Shown: positions 38,530 through 52,400, numbered from the whole stretch's first letter. The stretch is 63,631 nt of DNA, filler included, from Nemertoderma westbladi (GCA_032718475.1; 4 parts of 4 records of this genome joined end to end with filler, not necessarily neighbours in it); one strand, 5' to 3'. Program-made: numbers and translations. The notes: generated by a model from the sequence alone, not told the origin.

Positions 38530-41100
38530 TGATTGCCTAGATCGGTGTGTACTTCTAGGGTGCGTCAAGCTTCTACACCAAAGTTTATTACTCTCTTATT
38601 CACTCCATTAGGTTCCATTTGACGCCAAAGCAAATCTTTGAACTGGCTGGTCCTCACAGCGAAAGCAATGTCCTGCAAAGCAGAGGAGGCTCCGTTCAAG
38701 TTTCAAGCTAGGGGAGACTAATGAAAGACCTCCGAGGTTGTATATAGTCTGATTGCAGATGTGTTCATTTTGCTTGACACAATGAACCCGTGGCAGCATT
38801 TTGCCATCCAGATATTCGGTATTATCTGCAGTTAGAGCCCAGCATGGAGTCCCATATAGGAGTTCTGGTTCTATTATTATTATTATTAATATACTTTAAT
38901 CCGCATCAGGGGTATATTCTACTTTAAAGGTTTATATTAAATTAGCACACAGCAAAAAATGAAATATATTTGATTAATCTACAGTCCTACACTAAATATA
39001 AGAAGCTATGCACCTAAGAAACCATGCGTCTACTGCACACGGGTACTGAGGGTAAATTAAAAAAACCTTGAGTAAGGTCTACAAGAGTTAAAAACAATGT
39101 TCACTATTTGATTGTTCGAGTTAATTACTCGATTCCTCAGACTCCGACTAGCCTTTTTAATAATATGACAGAACATGGGTAGACCAATTTGGCCGAAAGA
39201 CAGGGACATACTAGTAGGTAGTACCTTCGTCAGTTTGGCGAGGCCATTTAAACAGCATACATGCAGTATTGTTATAGGCAACCCGTATTCTATCAGATGT
39301 ACGCAGGCTGTGACTGCCACGGGCCCTCGGTGCACACCCGTAAACCTGTGTGCAGTAGGCGCCAAACAAAACAGTCTTCACAGCTACCGAGGCATTGCCC
39401 AGAGCCCTTACTAGCGTGTTCGCTCTGGCATACAGACCATGAGCCTGATTAGCATGTCGGGATCGTCATCTGTTGTTGTCGCCGTAAGTATGTGTCCCAA
39501 GTACTTAAAAAGAGTCAACAATCTCAATAGGCTTACCATATAAACAGACATATGCAAAAGTAGTGAGATTGTAATGCTTTGATGCAAAATATAAACATTT
39601 AGTTTTTTTTAAACTTAAACAATAGAAATATCATCAGCAAAACGTAAAGCAATATTTACAAGTTTCTGTAGCCCACTAATTGAGTTTGACAGAATGCAGA
39701 GGTCATCGACATATACTAGGTTATTAACTCTGACACCATCTATCATACAGCCTATACCACTGTCATTCAGTGCCAAACTGATACCATCGACAAAAATATT
39801 GTAGAGCAAGCGCGATAGAATACCGCCTTTCCTGGTCCCATTAGTAACTGTAAATGCTTGAGACAGAAAACCGCCCCAGAGCACACGCAACAATTGATGA
39901 CGATACCTATACTCAATCAAACTCACAATGTAGACAGGAACACCCCTTGTAAGGAGCTTATCAAATAATTTAAAGTGATTTACTCGATCGAATGATTTGG
40001 AAGCATCCAACATGCAGATATATGCAGATGAATTATTAGAGAGATAATAATTAATGATTTCCTTAAGGGCATAATATGCCCTTAAGGAAATCATTGTATA
40101 TATTATATACAAAGTTCAGTACCTGATTTAGGTTTGAAACCAAATTGGTTGTCACTTGTATGAAGGTACTCAATTAAACGTTCTAGATTAATTTTCTCCA
40201 ATAGCTTACTGAATATACTGGACAGGGCAATGCCTCGGCTGCCCTTAAATTTGCTATTGCTATTGCTGCCCTAAAAATCGAACTTTGAGATTCCGTTTTA
40301 TTCTTTAATAGATAGACTATTCAATGCTGCCCGTGCCTTCCTCTTACGTATCCCTGACTTCCGGATCCACGATCTCAAGTAGCAGAAGTCATCCACATGC
40401 TCAAGCAAGCCAGCCCTTTAGTTTATGCCCTTTCGGTCAGGCATTTCTTGAGGGCCGTCAAGATTCATGTCACAATTTTGGTCTCATTGGAATAAACAAA
40501 AAGACCAGCACTAGAAGCAACCTGCTCCAATGAACAGAGGAGCCTTTGGGCTCCCTCTAGTGATTCTGGCAGTACCCCTAACTTATCAGCAAAGCATAGA
40601 TCAGTAAGGTACCTTGCTGGATCTCCTCTACTTCTTGTGCCAGTAGGGGGTGTTACCATCAGCCCATCATTATTAAAATGGTCTAAGGACATGCATAGAA
40701 CATAATCAACCACAATTATGAATAAGAATGGTGCAAGTGTGTCACCCTGAAAGACTCCCCATAAGACTTCGAATGGATCTGTGTCACCATCAGCAGTAGA
40801 CACAAATGTGGTAGAACCGTCGTACAGTGATCGGATAGCTGCAATAATTTCCTCAGGAACCCCAGATGCTGCAAGTATGCTGTCCATACGTGGCCGGCTT
40901 TAAAGAAGTCAACAAAGATAATAGCCAGTTCTCTGTCTTTCTTTGTTGATAAATCCCCGATTATACTTCTAAGCGCCAGAATAGGCTCCATGGTCCCACG
41001 ACCTTTACATAACCCATTCTGACGTCTCTCAATGGGATCCCTGATGAGATTTTAGAATTATATTGTATAGCTTTGCAGCAATCGCGATCAACGAGATAAT
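38530..41100 (-). mobile_element. Degenerate RTE LINE split by a younger LINE insertion
   Basis: GVFQGDTLAPFLFIIVVDY, DLCFADK at 40465-41020; LCFAGHCFR at 38608-38799; same family as 6616-8424. Confidence 0.85.
38872..40240 (-). mobile_element. RTEX-like LINE 3' fragment with (TAA)n tail
   Basis: LDASKSFDRVNH, GTRKGGILS, LVYVDDL; (ATT)n at 38872-38888. Confidence 0.8.
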
Positions 41101-41413
41101 GAATTAGATAACGCATTGGGTAAGTAGTGGGTTATGCTTATTTTTTTGGACCGTGTTGGCCAGGTAGAAACCCTAATTAAATTTGTCATGGAATCCATTC
41201 TAGGTCAATATGTAAACAATTTAGCGGAAATTCAGAAATGGTGTACATCGGCCCAAAGGGCCCATGGCTAGCTTACAGATCCAAGCGAGAAAAACCAATA
41301 GAACAACTATTTCATAAAACTGCGTAAATATAATGAGAGAGGATGAATTTATATCACATAGAACACACATTTTCAAGACAGATCTACTTTTTAGATTTTT
41401 CATTTATTTCTAG

Positions 41414-41652
41414 GAAACTTAGCACAAGGACAACCAACATCTAGCAGTTCATTCCATCAATACACTTCATCGAACTTGGTAGACGGTAATACCAACTCGG
41501 CCTGGAGCTCTGGTAGTTGCTTCTCTACTGATGGTCCAATGCTGCCCCAAGAGTGGTGGTGGGTAGATATTGGTTATGACGACCTCACCATTGGTTTGGT
41601 TAAAATCTACAATCGACAGGATTGCTGTGGCGGCCGTATCATTGGCTCAAGG
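41414..41652 (+). CDS. F-type lectin (fucolectin) domain exon, N-terminal part
   Basis: NLAQGQPTSSSS...VDGNTNSAWSSGSCFST...WWWVDIG...VKIYNRQDCCGGR; TTTCTAG acceptor (phase 1) and GTAAAT donor. Confidence 0.85.
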
Positions 41653-42472
41653 GTAAATATTTAAAATGCTTTAATAATTATATTCGAGTTGCCAGTACTT
41701 TTTTTGGGACAATTCATTCACATATTTTTTGTGTAATTAATTGTGGGGCGAGTCAAAATTGCGAGCCATAAGCGAACTGTTATAATTATACTATGGCCGA
41801 TTTCCAAAAGTCGGGGTGTGTGGGTGTGTGTGTGTGTCAGTGTGTCGGAAGCCAGAATTGTATTGGCGGAAGCCAATAATTAACTGCCTTTTCCTTGAAC
41901 ATAGAGTCCCCTTAGCCAATAAACGCAGATTATTTCTAGCTTTACTTGTCGTCAGAGGCAACCTGCCACTTCCCTTGTCAGATTGCTTTTACCTGCAAAA
42001 TTGATGTTGCACAGCGACTGTTAGCGGTTGTTCGAGCAATTGAACTAGCCATTTAGTATAATTATAATTGTTCGCTAAGACGGCTTGCAGCTTTTGCACG
42101 AAGGCCCCACTGTGTTTAATTATCTATAAACATTAAAATTTGATTGTACTGTAGTTGTAATGGAAATATAAAAGGAAAGTATAATTTTGAAAGAAAAATG
42201 TTTTTAAATAATAGCTAACTTGCAATATCACTTGCTAACCTGAAAATTAGAAGCTATTAATGTTTATAGATAATTAAACAATTTATTACACATAACATTT
42301 TGTTTATCTCATAAGTAGCTACATTTTTTATTAATTTATCACAAAATAATAGGCAAATAATATGAATAGCTACGTAATTGAATATTAATATTATATAATA
42401 TTTTTAATTAAATTAAAATAATTAATAATATTATATAATAAAATGAATTAATTGAGACTGAATGAATAAATA

Positions 42473-44686
42473 CGGGTTCTGGAGGCGTTGCGCAATACCT
42501 TCGGTAAATTAACGAGACTATTATTTTTGGATGGAGGACCATATTAGACGTCAGAACACAGTTGGTGATCGGTATAGCTAATTTGCATTCTAGAACTACA
42601 GGCCAAAAACAAGCTAGCTAGCCGACCCCCTACCTAACTCTATGTTGGGCCCTCTGGCTGAATATAAATGCAATCTATTTTTTCAAATGAACATTTTTCT
42701 TATAGGGGGAAGACCGGCGATTATTTTAAGTACAAATATATAGCCACTTTTATTTTTTAAATGCGATAAATTTACATGAGAACAAGATACTTTCACTTTT
42801 TTTAAGAAACCAACATTTACATTAACTGCAATAAATGGTAGCTACTTTGGTTTCACACGTTCAAACATGTATCAAAATTTGCGCGAATTATTTCTGCATT
42901 CACCCATGCAACTCATTTTGGATGAGTACTAGATCCTCCTAGTCAATTAGCCCGATTATTATCGGGGAAACGTAATCAGAGAATATTCAGAGAAAGGATA
43001 CTCTCTGACATTTGGAAATATTTACTACAGTTACTAAGGTAACTAACTATTCTGTGAACGGCACTTCCTTACATGTATTACCTGCGTTGTGCAGTTTCTA
43101 GGCGACTGTATACATTAAAACACGCAGGCACAATCAAGTCGTTTTAAAGCAGCCCCCTTAAGCAACCTACCTGTGTTTTTTTAAATAAGAGTTAGAAGTT
43201 TATGTACCGCCGATTTTCTTAAAATGTTAGCTATTTAATACTTATATTCACACAGCGATCGTATGTGAAGGCCTTCCACCGGGGTGGTGGTACTGTACTA
43301 GTGTGTTTTGTGCGAGCACACCACCCACCCCCCCCCCCCCCCCCCCCCCAATTTGTTATACTAGCTAGTTTTTTATTACTTCTTATAGTCCGGTATATAT
43401 CAGTTTTCTGCCTTATAAATAAGATGTGTAAAAGATATGAATTTACTATACTCCTGTACGTAACAAATTTTGCAGCGGACATCGGTTTGTTAATTATACG
43501 CTGTCTTACAGTACCTAGTGGGTCTGTAATATCCGTTACCTTAATGGTGGAACCCCCAATTCTACTATCCAAAAACAGAGATCTACAAGAGTTTGTACAC
43601 GGACATTTAATAGTATTTTTACCATCCTACACGCCTTCCAATGTTGATATGTTACCTAACAGCAAACTATATAAGATATTACTTTTCCTTTAATACTTTC
43701 GATTTACTGATATTCCGACTTACTTATATTGTAATATATTAATATTAATTGATTGCATGGCATAATTGGTACGTTTCGTTTATGGCAAATTAAATTCCCT
43801 CTGGTAAACAAAAAACGAGAATATTTTGTTGCTGTTAAATAAATAATTACAATTATATTGAACTAATGACAATTTATTTTAGTAAATATTATTTTCCTAA
43901 TTGCTAAGAATATTGTAACTTTGCTTCGGTTTTTGTCACAACATAATAAACTACTGTTGTAGAAAAGTTTGAAAGCGAAAGTATAAATTCTGACTCTCAG
44001 AATATCAGTTCCATCTTTGTATTGCTCAGTTTATGTATTTTTGTATAATACAGTAAAAAACAAATAATATAATGTAAGGATTCGTCTACACTGGTACACA
44101 ACATACAGTAGCCTACAGTAGTTGCCTAGTTGTAGTAAATATTTCCAAATGTCAGAGAGTATACTTTCTCTGAATATTCTCTGATTATCGTTTCCCCGAT
44201 AATAATCGGGCTAATTGACTAGGAGGATTTAGTACTCATCCAAAATGAGTTGCATGGGTGAATGCAGAAATAATTCGCGCAAATTTTGATACATGTTTGA
44301 ACGTGTTAAACAAAGTAGCTACATTTTATTGCAGTTAATGTAAATGTTGGTTTCTTAAAAAAAGTGAAAGTATTTTGTTCTCATGTAAATTGATCGCATT
44401 TAAAAAATAAAAGTGGCGATATATTTGTATTTAATTTAATCGCCGGTCTTCCCTCTATAAGAAAAATGTCCATTTGAAAAAATTGATTGCATTTATATTC
44501 AGCCAGAGGGCCCGACATAGAGTTAGGTAGGGGTCGGCTAGCTAGCTTGTTTTTGGCCTGTTGTTCTAGAATGCAAATTAGCTATACCGATCACCAACTG
44601 TGTTCTGACGTCTAATATGGTCCTCCATCCAAAAATAATAGTCTCGTTAATTTACCGAAGGTATTGCGCAACGCCGCCAGAACCCG
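42473..44686. mobile_element. TA-flanked foldback element with ~557-bp near-identical TIRs (Tc1/mariner-type, non-autonomous)
   Basis: 42473-43029 is the reverse complement of 44131-44686; TA on both sides; no transposase ORF. Confidence 0.92.
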
Positions 44687-45150
44687 TACTAATAACAATA
44701 GATTAATGAAATAGATTTTCAACTCTTTTTCGAATGCTTATTTTTCCTTCTTCGTTTGTTCTCAGAATTTTCTTCTTTATCTTTTTGGTTTGATTGTGTT
44801 CCTTCCTTGTCCTTCTTTTTCTATCAGACTTGTAATCAGATAAAGTTAATCCTCATCTGGGCAGTTAATAGTAAAAATGAGAAATATACACCCCCGTACG
44901 GGGTAAATTTAATCTTTAATACATTAGAATGACATTTATCATATTATAGTTAAATTTAAATTAAAATCAGAGTATATAAAATATTAGGATTGTATAAGTA
45001 AATTTTAAATTTAAAATATAAAATAGGTTCTAAAATTCTAAAAAGATACTTTATTCACTTAGAGTTCCCCAGAGCCGAGAGAGCTGGACAGGACCCACAG
45101 CTAAATAAGTGATATCTCTCACTCGCACTGCCTCCACAGTATTTACAGTA

Positions 45151-48100
45151 CGGCCCTTATATTCCAAAACCGTGTATCTCAATTTTTGGCATTTTGAGAA
45201 AATGGCCAAAAACCATTCCGGTTTTTTATGGTTATTCATTTTAAATTCTTACTGGGATTAATTCGGGAAATTTCCATATTAATATTCAATATAGGGTAAA
45301 CGCATGTGCCGAATCCACCTGAGGCAAAATTAAGGCGTGAAAATAAAGGGAAATATGTTAAAAACACCATAGTACACCGATAGTACACCATAGCACGTAT
45401 TGGTCAATATACTTGCGCCGCAAACATGTAACTTTTTTTGGATCAAAATCGGCTAACTCATTTTTTATTCTTCAAAACCAGCTATCTTTTATATTTTATT
45501 TTTTAACAAAACCGTTTATCTCTATGTTTGAATATAAACTTTTATTTTATTAACTAATAATGACCATTAATATTTGAAACCATTAACTAATAAACTACAA
45601 TTTGTGGTAAGGGAATAAAATAAAATGAACAGTCAGTTTAATGTAACGATCAGTTTAATGCAATTTATAGTTTAATACATAGATCGGTTTTATACAAATA
45701 TGAGTTTAATACTGTAGATCAATATACAAATATGAGTTTAATACATAGATCGGTTTATACAAATATGAGTTTAATACATAGATCGGTTTATACAAATATG
45801 AGATTAATACATAGATCAGTTTTATACAAAGATGAGTTTAATACATAGATAAGATTTAATGATCAGTTTTTACAATTATGATGAGTTTATAGCGATCAGT
45901 TTAATACAATTTATAGTTAATTAAACAGTTGAGTTTAAACAAATATGAGTTTAATACATTGATCCGTTTTATAGAATAATGAAAAATTAATTGTTAAAAT
46001 TAATTGTCTCGAATGCAGCGTTGTCATTTTCACCAATATCCATCATCGTTGGAGCTTGGTAATCATGCAAACTTAGATCATTGGTTAGAACATCATGAGC
46101 GGCTGGTGCAGAAATACCAACATCGTTTGGGGTCGGTGCAGAAATACCAACATCGTTTGGGGTCGGTGCAGAAATATTGAGAACGTTTGAGGTCGGTGCA
46201 GAAATACCAACATCGTTTGGGGTCGGTGCAGAAATACCAACATCGTTTGGGGTCGGTGCAGAAATGCCAACAACGTTTGGGATCGGTGCAGAAATACCTA
46301 CATCGTTTGGGGTCGGTGCAGAAATACCAACATCGTTTGGGGTCGGTGCAGAAATACCAACATCGTTTGGGGTCGGTGCAGAAATACCAACATCGTTTGG
46401 GGTCGGTGCAGAAATACCAACATCGTTTGGAGTCGGTGCAGAAATATTGACAACGTTTGGGGTCGGTTCAGAAATATTGAGAACGTTTGGGGTCGGTGCA
46501 GAAATACCAACAACGTTTGTGGTCGGTGCAGAAATACCAACGTTTGGGGTCGGTGCAGAAATACCAACATCGTTTGGGGTCGGTGCAGAAATATTGACAA
46601 CGTTTGGGGTCGGTGCAGAAATACCAACAACGTTTGTGGTCGGTGCAGACATACCAACATAATTTGGGGTCGGTGCAGAAATACCAACATCGTTTGGGGT
46701 CGGTGCAGAAATACCAACATCGTTTGGGGTCGGTGCAAAAATACCAACATCGTTTGGAGTCGGTGCAGAAATATTGACAACGTTTGGGGTCGGTTCAGAA
46801 ATATTGAGAACGTTTGGGGTCGGTGCAGAAATACCAACAACGTTTGTGGTCGGTGCAGAAATACAAACATAATTTGGGGTCGGTGCAGAAATACCAACAT
46901 CGTTTGGGGTCGGTGCAGAAATATTGACAACGTTTGGGGTCGGTGCAGAAATACCAACATCGTTTGGGGTCGGTGCAGAAATACCAACGTTTGGGATCGG
47001 TGCAGAAATACCAACATCGTTTGGGGTCGGTGCAGAATTACCAACAAGGTTTGGGGTCGGTGCAGAAATACCAACATCGTTTGGGGTCGGTGCAGAAATA
47101 CCAACATCGTTTGGGGTCGGTGCAGAAATACCAATAACGTTTGGGGTCGGTGCAGAAATACCAACATCGTTTGGGGTCGGTGCAGAAATACCAACATCGT
47201 TTGGGGTCGGTGCAGAAATACCAATAACGTTTGGGGTCGGTGCAGAAATACCAACATCGTTTGGGGTCGGTGCAGAAATACCAACATCGTTTGGGGTCGG
47301 TGCAGAAATACCAATAACGTTTGGGGTCGGTGCAGAAATACCAACATCGTTTGGGGTCGGTGCAGAAATACCAACATCGTTTGGGGTCGGTGCAGAAATA
47401 ACGCTATGGGTCGGTGTTGATTTACCAGAAGCATTGGAATCATTAGGGGGTATAGCCTTCCTCCGTAGAGGATATTGTTTGCGTGTGGCAGACATTGTTT
47501 ACTTACACGAATATCAGTGCTATGCTTTATATAAAATAAACAAACTGGCTTGCTACCAAGAGTGAAGAAAGTGTTTAAAAAAACTGTTGTTCTGATTCTT
47601 TGATCGATGAATTGCTTATAGATGACAAAAACGGTATGGTACAGTAACACAACCTACTGTTAAACTCTTGTTACCTAAACTCTCATGGTTGTTTACCTAA
47701 ACTGAAACTTTACAATATGTTATCATAACGCTTTGTGTAGTTTGTTAATGCCTGAATTGTTGATTTATGAATTAACTACCGGTAAATGGTAGCTGGCCGC
47801 GACAATTGCAAATGAATTGTTCAGACTAAATGACCGGTTAACTGTGTTTTGAAATATATCTAGAACATTTATTGAACATTGAATTTGTAATCAAAACCGT
47901 CTATCTGAGAAAGATTTGTTCTAGAGGTGGTCCAAAACCGTCTATCTCCAGATAGATGGTTTTGATAAATTAAACGAATTTCCGAAACAGAGATACACTG
48001 TTTTGATAAATTAATAATCATGGAGATCTTGCATCCTATTGGTCAGTTAATTTTTTTCGGTTAATTTTTCTCAGATAAACGGTTTTGATTAAAAATTGCT

Positions 48101-48270
48101 TCAAAAAATATCGAGATACACGGTTTTGGTCGCAAACCATTTTCTTTGCATTTGATTTTTAAGCTTCGGGACCTGGATAGAAAGATGCGCCTTGAAATTC
48201 TGATTCCAAATATATAAATATGTCATTTTCGTCAAAAATCGAGATACACGGTTTTGGAATATAAGGGCCG
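45151..48270 (-). mobile_element. TIR DNA transposon derivative with 30-bp perfect TIRs and a 4-bp TSD (AGTA); possibly Sola-like
   Basis: CGGCCCTTATATTCCAAAACCGTGTATCTC at both ends; AGTA at 45147-45150 and 48271-48274; subterminal AAAACCGTNTATCTC repeats. Confidence 0.88.
45987..47495 (-). CDS. 502-aa ORF made mostly of (SAPTPNDVGI)n repeats, inside the TIR element
   Basis: ATG start, unique basic N-terminus and acidic C-terminus; 30- and 27-bp units keep the frame. Confidence 0.45.
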   Translation of the reverse strand: MSATRKQYPLRRKAIPPNDSNASGKSTPTHSVISAPTPNDVGISAPTPNDVGISAPTPNVIGISAPTPNDVGISAPTPNDVGISAPTPNVIGISAPTPNDVGISAPTPNDVGISAPTPNVIGISAPTPNDVGISAPTPNDVGISAPTPNLVGNSAPTPNDVGISAPIPNVGISAPTPNDVGISAPTPNVVNISAPTPNDVGISAPTPNYVCISAPTTNVVGISAPTPNVLNISEPTPNVVNISAPTPNDVGIFAPTPNDVGISAPTPNDVGISAPTPNYVGMSAPTTNVVGISAPTPNVVNISAPTPNDVGISAPTPNVGISAPTTNVVGISAPTPNVLNISEPTPNVVNISAPTPNDVGISAPTPNDVGISAPTPNDVGISAPTPNDVGISAPTPNDVGISAPIPNVVGISAPTPNDVGISAPTPNDVGISAPTSNVLNISAPTPNDVGISAPTPNDVGISAPAAHDVLTNDLSLHDYQAPTMMDIGENDNAAFETINFNN

Positions 48271-49417
48271 AGTAACAGGTTGGGCCCAGTTCGTCAAATG
48301 GCGTTATGGCACTGCTACATAGTTTCCAGTGGATTTTCTAGAATATTCGAATTTCTACAGCTAAGATTTGACTTTCGCCCAACAACTAGCTGAGTTTCGT
48401 TGGAAGCTTCTACACAAATAAAACCAATTTCCTGCTCTGTTGGATTTGATCAGAAAATATTACCCGCTGTCTGCTAAATAATAAATATTATACAGTATAC
48501 GTATTCTAAGCATATCATTAATTTCTGAATATAATGACCTCAATACAATGAATTTTTTAATTTTAATTAGCTATTAAAAAATACTAGCTAACCCCCCCCC
48601 CCCCCCCCCCAAAAAAAAACCCATCTTGCCAGCAATGATTAAAAATTATATGAAACAAATTCTGAATAAAATAAAAAAAAAATATTATTTTTTTTGAACT
48701 GTTCTTGAACAAAAACTTTTTGTTCTAGAACTTGTTGTTTGTTGTTCTGAATAGCTAACATGTTCTAGAACATTATTAAAAAATAAAAATAGTACATTAA
48801 TTTTTTTAATTTTTTTTTAAATTGTTCTAGAACAAAAAATATTTTTTTCTAGAACATATATATATACTTTTTTGTAATAGCTAACATGTTCTAGAACATG
48901 TTCATAAAAAGAAATAGCAAAAACTAGCTTGTAAAAAAAATTGAGAGGGGGTCTACCTATAACACACAAGTGCCAAATAAGTTTACGTAGTTATTTCAAT
49001 ATAATCAATCCCTAACTAATCTTCTCTTCCGGGCCTCTCCCAAGTTTGCTTTCTGCTCCCTATCTACCCCTTTATTGACCCTCTCATGCAATCCCGTCTC
49101 TTCGGCCTTGTTATCTCCTCCCACTCGTAGGGCCTGCTTGGCAGTTGGCCCCTCTTTATGTCCTCTGCCTGGGCCCATACCTACCTATCCTACTCATGGT
49201 GTCCTTCATCTCCTGAGGTAGGTTTTCTCGAAGGAACTTTTGGAGTTCCCACTGAATCTCTCATTTCCATCCATTCAGGATGCCCTAGAGATGGAGGACT
49301 CCTACAATTTTGTTGTTTATGAATGCTTTTTTGCTGATACTTGGCACTTGGCAGAGGACTACTACACCATAGTCTTCGTGTTTGGGGAGGACGCTAACAA
49401 GTGCAGAATTAGGCATT

Positions 49418-49433
49418 CTGCCACTAGGGGGCG
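49418..49433 (+). promoter_or_regulatory. CTCF-like core motif
   Basis: CTGCCACTAGGGGGCG followed by AAATGTCTGAAA, as at 14693 and 22131. Confidence 0.55.
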
Positions 49434-52400
49434 AAATGTCTGAAATTAAAACCTTCCATTTTAATACGATAGAGTTGCTGCAGTGACCTACTGCACTATA
49501 GGTTATGTTTGCGAGGACGCTAACCACTATTCTGCAGTTATACAGTTTTCCACTAAGGGGAAAATATTACACACAGTTGAAACCTTTTCCCATTTTATTA
49601 TTTGTAATCCATTGGAGGTGTTACTTGGTAGGTATCTACTACAACATAAAGCCTTATGTTTATTATTGTATGTAGCTGCAACTAAAACGGGATCAGTCTG
49701 TTAGTCTTATGTAAAGTTTTGTTAAGTTTATTTATTTATTTATTTATTTATCAGTTTATGTTTGATATTGTCCATTGATTGATTGACTGTATAGAAGCTT
49801 GTAAACTAGAAAGCCGTGGCCGAAGGCCACGGGCTGTCTAGTATATATATATGTATATATTTTTGTTTTAAAAGGTACATGTTGTAAATGATGTTTCGCC
49901 AACGTTGCTCAACGGTTTGCGAACGAACGGTGAACCACTCTGTGGAACGGTAACAAGCAGCGGCTACTTAACCGAAATTTATTGTGACGGAAAAAGAGGA
50001 AGATACGTTGTCATCTTCAGCGACATCAGTCAACAAAACCTTTGCGAAGTGATGGTTTATGCCAAGACGTCGAACTAATAAAGTCTTTACAATAAACGTT
50101 ATGCACCTAACTCTATTTTATTGTTAGAAATATATTCCATATTATGTGTAACATTACTTAACCCTATCTGATATGGAGGCTTTTTCAGCCCACCCAGTAT
50201 ATTTTAGCATAAAATTTAACGAAATTTTCACTGAAAGTGGCGAAACATACAAACAACATAAAATTCATTATTTGAATGTTCAATCAATAACAGAAGTGAA
50301 CCAAATTTAAAATTACCAAAATGGCCGTTTTTGATAGAAATGTGGGCGTGGCACTCTAAATTATGGAAGTTTCAAGAAAAGTTAGAACGTAAAATGGTAT
50401 CACACCAATCATTACAAAGTGGGGTATCATACCCCTATTTTTAAAATTATCAAAACTTGAGTTATTGGTCATAACATAAGATGTAGTCTGATTTTTGACA
50501 AGCCTTCGAGCAGCACGATATTTTACAGTTGAATAAGGCCCTTTCATCAAAAAGGCTATCACGGTAAAATTATGAATAAAATTGTTAAAAGTTTGTTTTT
50601 TAGTTATATTTTTAGAATTGATGAAATTTTTCTTTGAATTTCTTAAATTTTTTTCAACACAGTAATTATTGAACAAGACAAATGGTATAAAACAACGGAT
50701 ATGTTTGAATTGTTCCTTAAACGTTAAACACCTACCCTCTCATTAATAGCCATTTTTCATGTAAAGGGTTATTTCTGCGTTAATTTTTACTGAACTGAGT
50801 TTAAATAGGTATGGGGCCTACCGGTACTTGTTCAGAATACCATTGTAAATAGGCCTAACCTAAATTACCTGTACACATCATTTTCACCCAATTTTAGAGT
50901 CCAGAGACACCAAAATTAGAGGTTCCACTGGAGCTGCTACCCCCCCCCCCCCCCCCCCCCCGCCAATGTGAGGTTATATTTGGAGGTGTTAACACCCGGC
51001 GGGTTTTCAAATTCGGAGTGCTATGCAAGCCCCCCCGCCCCCCTTCCTTTAGCATACAGTTAATCAACATATTCAAACTTTTAAAAAAATTTGGCCAAGG
51101 CCTACTACAGAATTAATCCCCCACAAAAACGCATGTTATGTTATAAGAACCAAAATTTGTTAATTTTATGCACCAAAATTTTAGGTTCCACTTGGCGTGA
51201 AAAATACAAACACTATATACCTGTACTGTGGTGATGCAATTTTAAAAATGTATAGCCTAATAGATTTAATTAATTATCCAATCCAGTTGGCACTCTAATT
51301 TGGCGTTCCCACTTAACACCAATTCGTATCTCATAGGGGACGAAAGCAACCTATTACAAAGCACACCACACCCCACAGCTATTATAGTCAACCCCATTAC
51401 TAATGTGTTAACTTTAGTAATTTATTAGACATCAGTTTTAGCTTTAGTATTAAACTTTACTCCGACATCCAACAACCATTATTAAGGATAATTAAGGTTA
51501 ATTGTCTACTGTGTTAGAAAGGAACAGGTTATAGTGCAAGGCCACTCTAACCAAAACAATAAACGAGAGACAGGAGCACAAGTTGCAGTTTTATATCAAT
51601 CCTAACCCGCTGTTCGTGTTGTTGGTTCTGGGTGCCAGTCGGAGTTTGTCGGCGTAGAATTTACTACATCACAACGTGCCACATTAGGGCATAGAGATAA
51701 ATACATTCATTAGCGAAGTATTGTCGACGGTTGTACTGTACAGGTAGTTGATTTGTATAACTACAAAAATATAGGGGCCTATAACATGTGTCATTTTTCA
51801 TTGAAATATTACAAATACAAAGCTTTTTTAAGTATTACATGCAGTCTTACAACAAGGGTCTTATGTAATGTTACAATTTTGGAATATATATATACATACT
51901 TGTTTCAAAGTAGGCCCTACTTTGTTCTGATCCTAGTGGCTCTATCCACTAATTCCGTTTGTTCACGCAACCACTCGGATTAACACACTGTAAAGTGCTA
52001 CTTTTTACGCAAGTGTGTAATATTTACTTGTTATATTAATACAATATATTATATTTATCCAACATGGTGACGGTAACTTGTTGTATATTTATTGCTCGTA
52101 TATTGTTGTAAATGCATTGCAAAAGATTCCACCCCTCACATATTTTAACAAAACACCTACATAAAGTCCCGGATTATCTTAATTCTGAGGCAACATTGTG
52201 GTGTTGCGGGTTTCGGAAATATGTTCTTACAGCAATAAATGTACATTGCCTGAATGCTTCATATGCTAAGTAAGTTAATGTTCAGTTAGCATCAGTCCTT
52301 GTTATAATTATTAAATTACCTCTGGAAGGCAGCAGTTTACAGTGAAGGTCTTTCCTAACTAAAACAATAAACGAAATTATAATTCTCATTGTACCCCCAT

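Noticed and set aside
46085-47650. Alternative-frame ORFs (LHRPQTMLVF)n and (GVGAEIPTSF)n
   Set aside because: These are other frames of the same 30-bp repeat, broken by stops or lacking credible starts.
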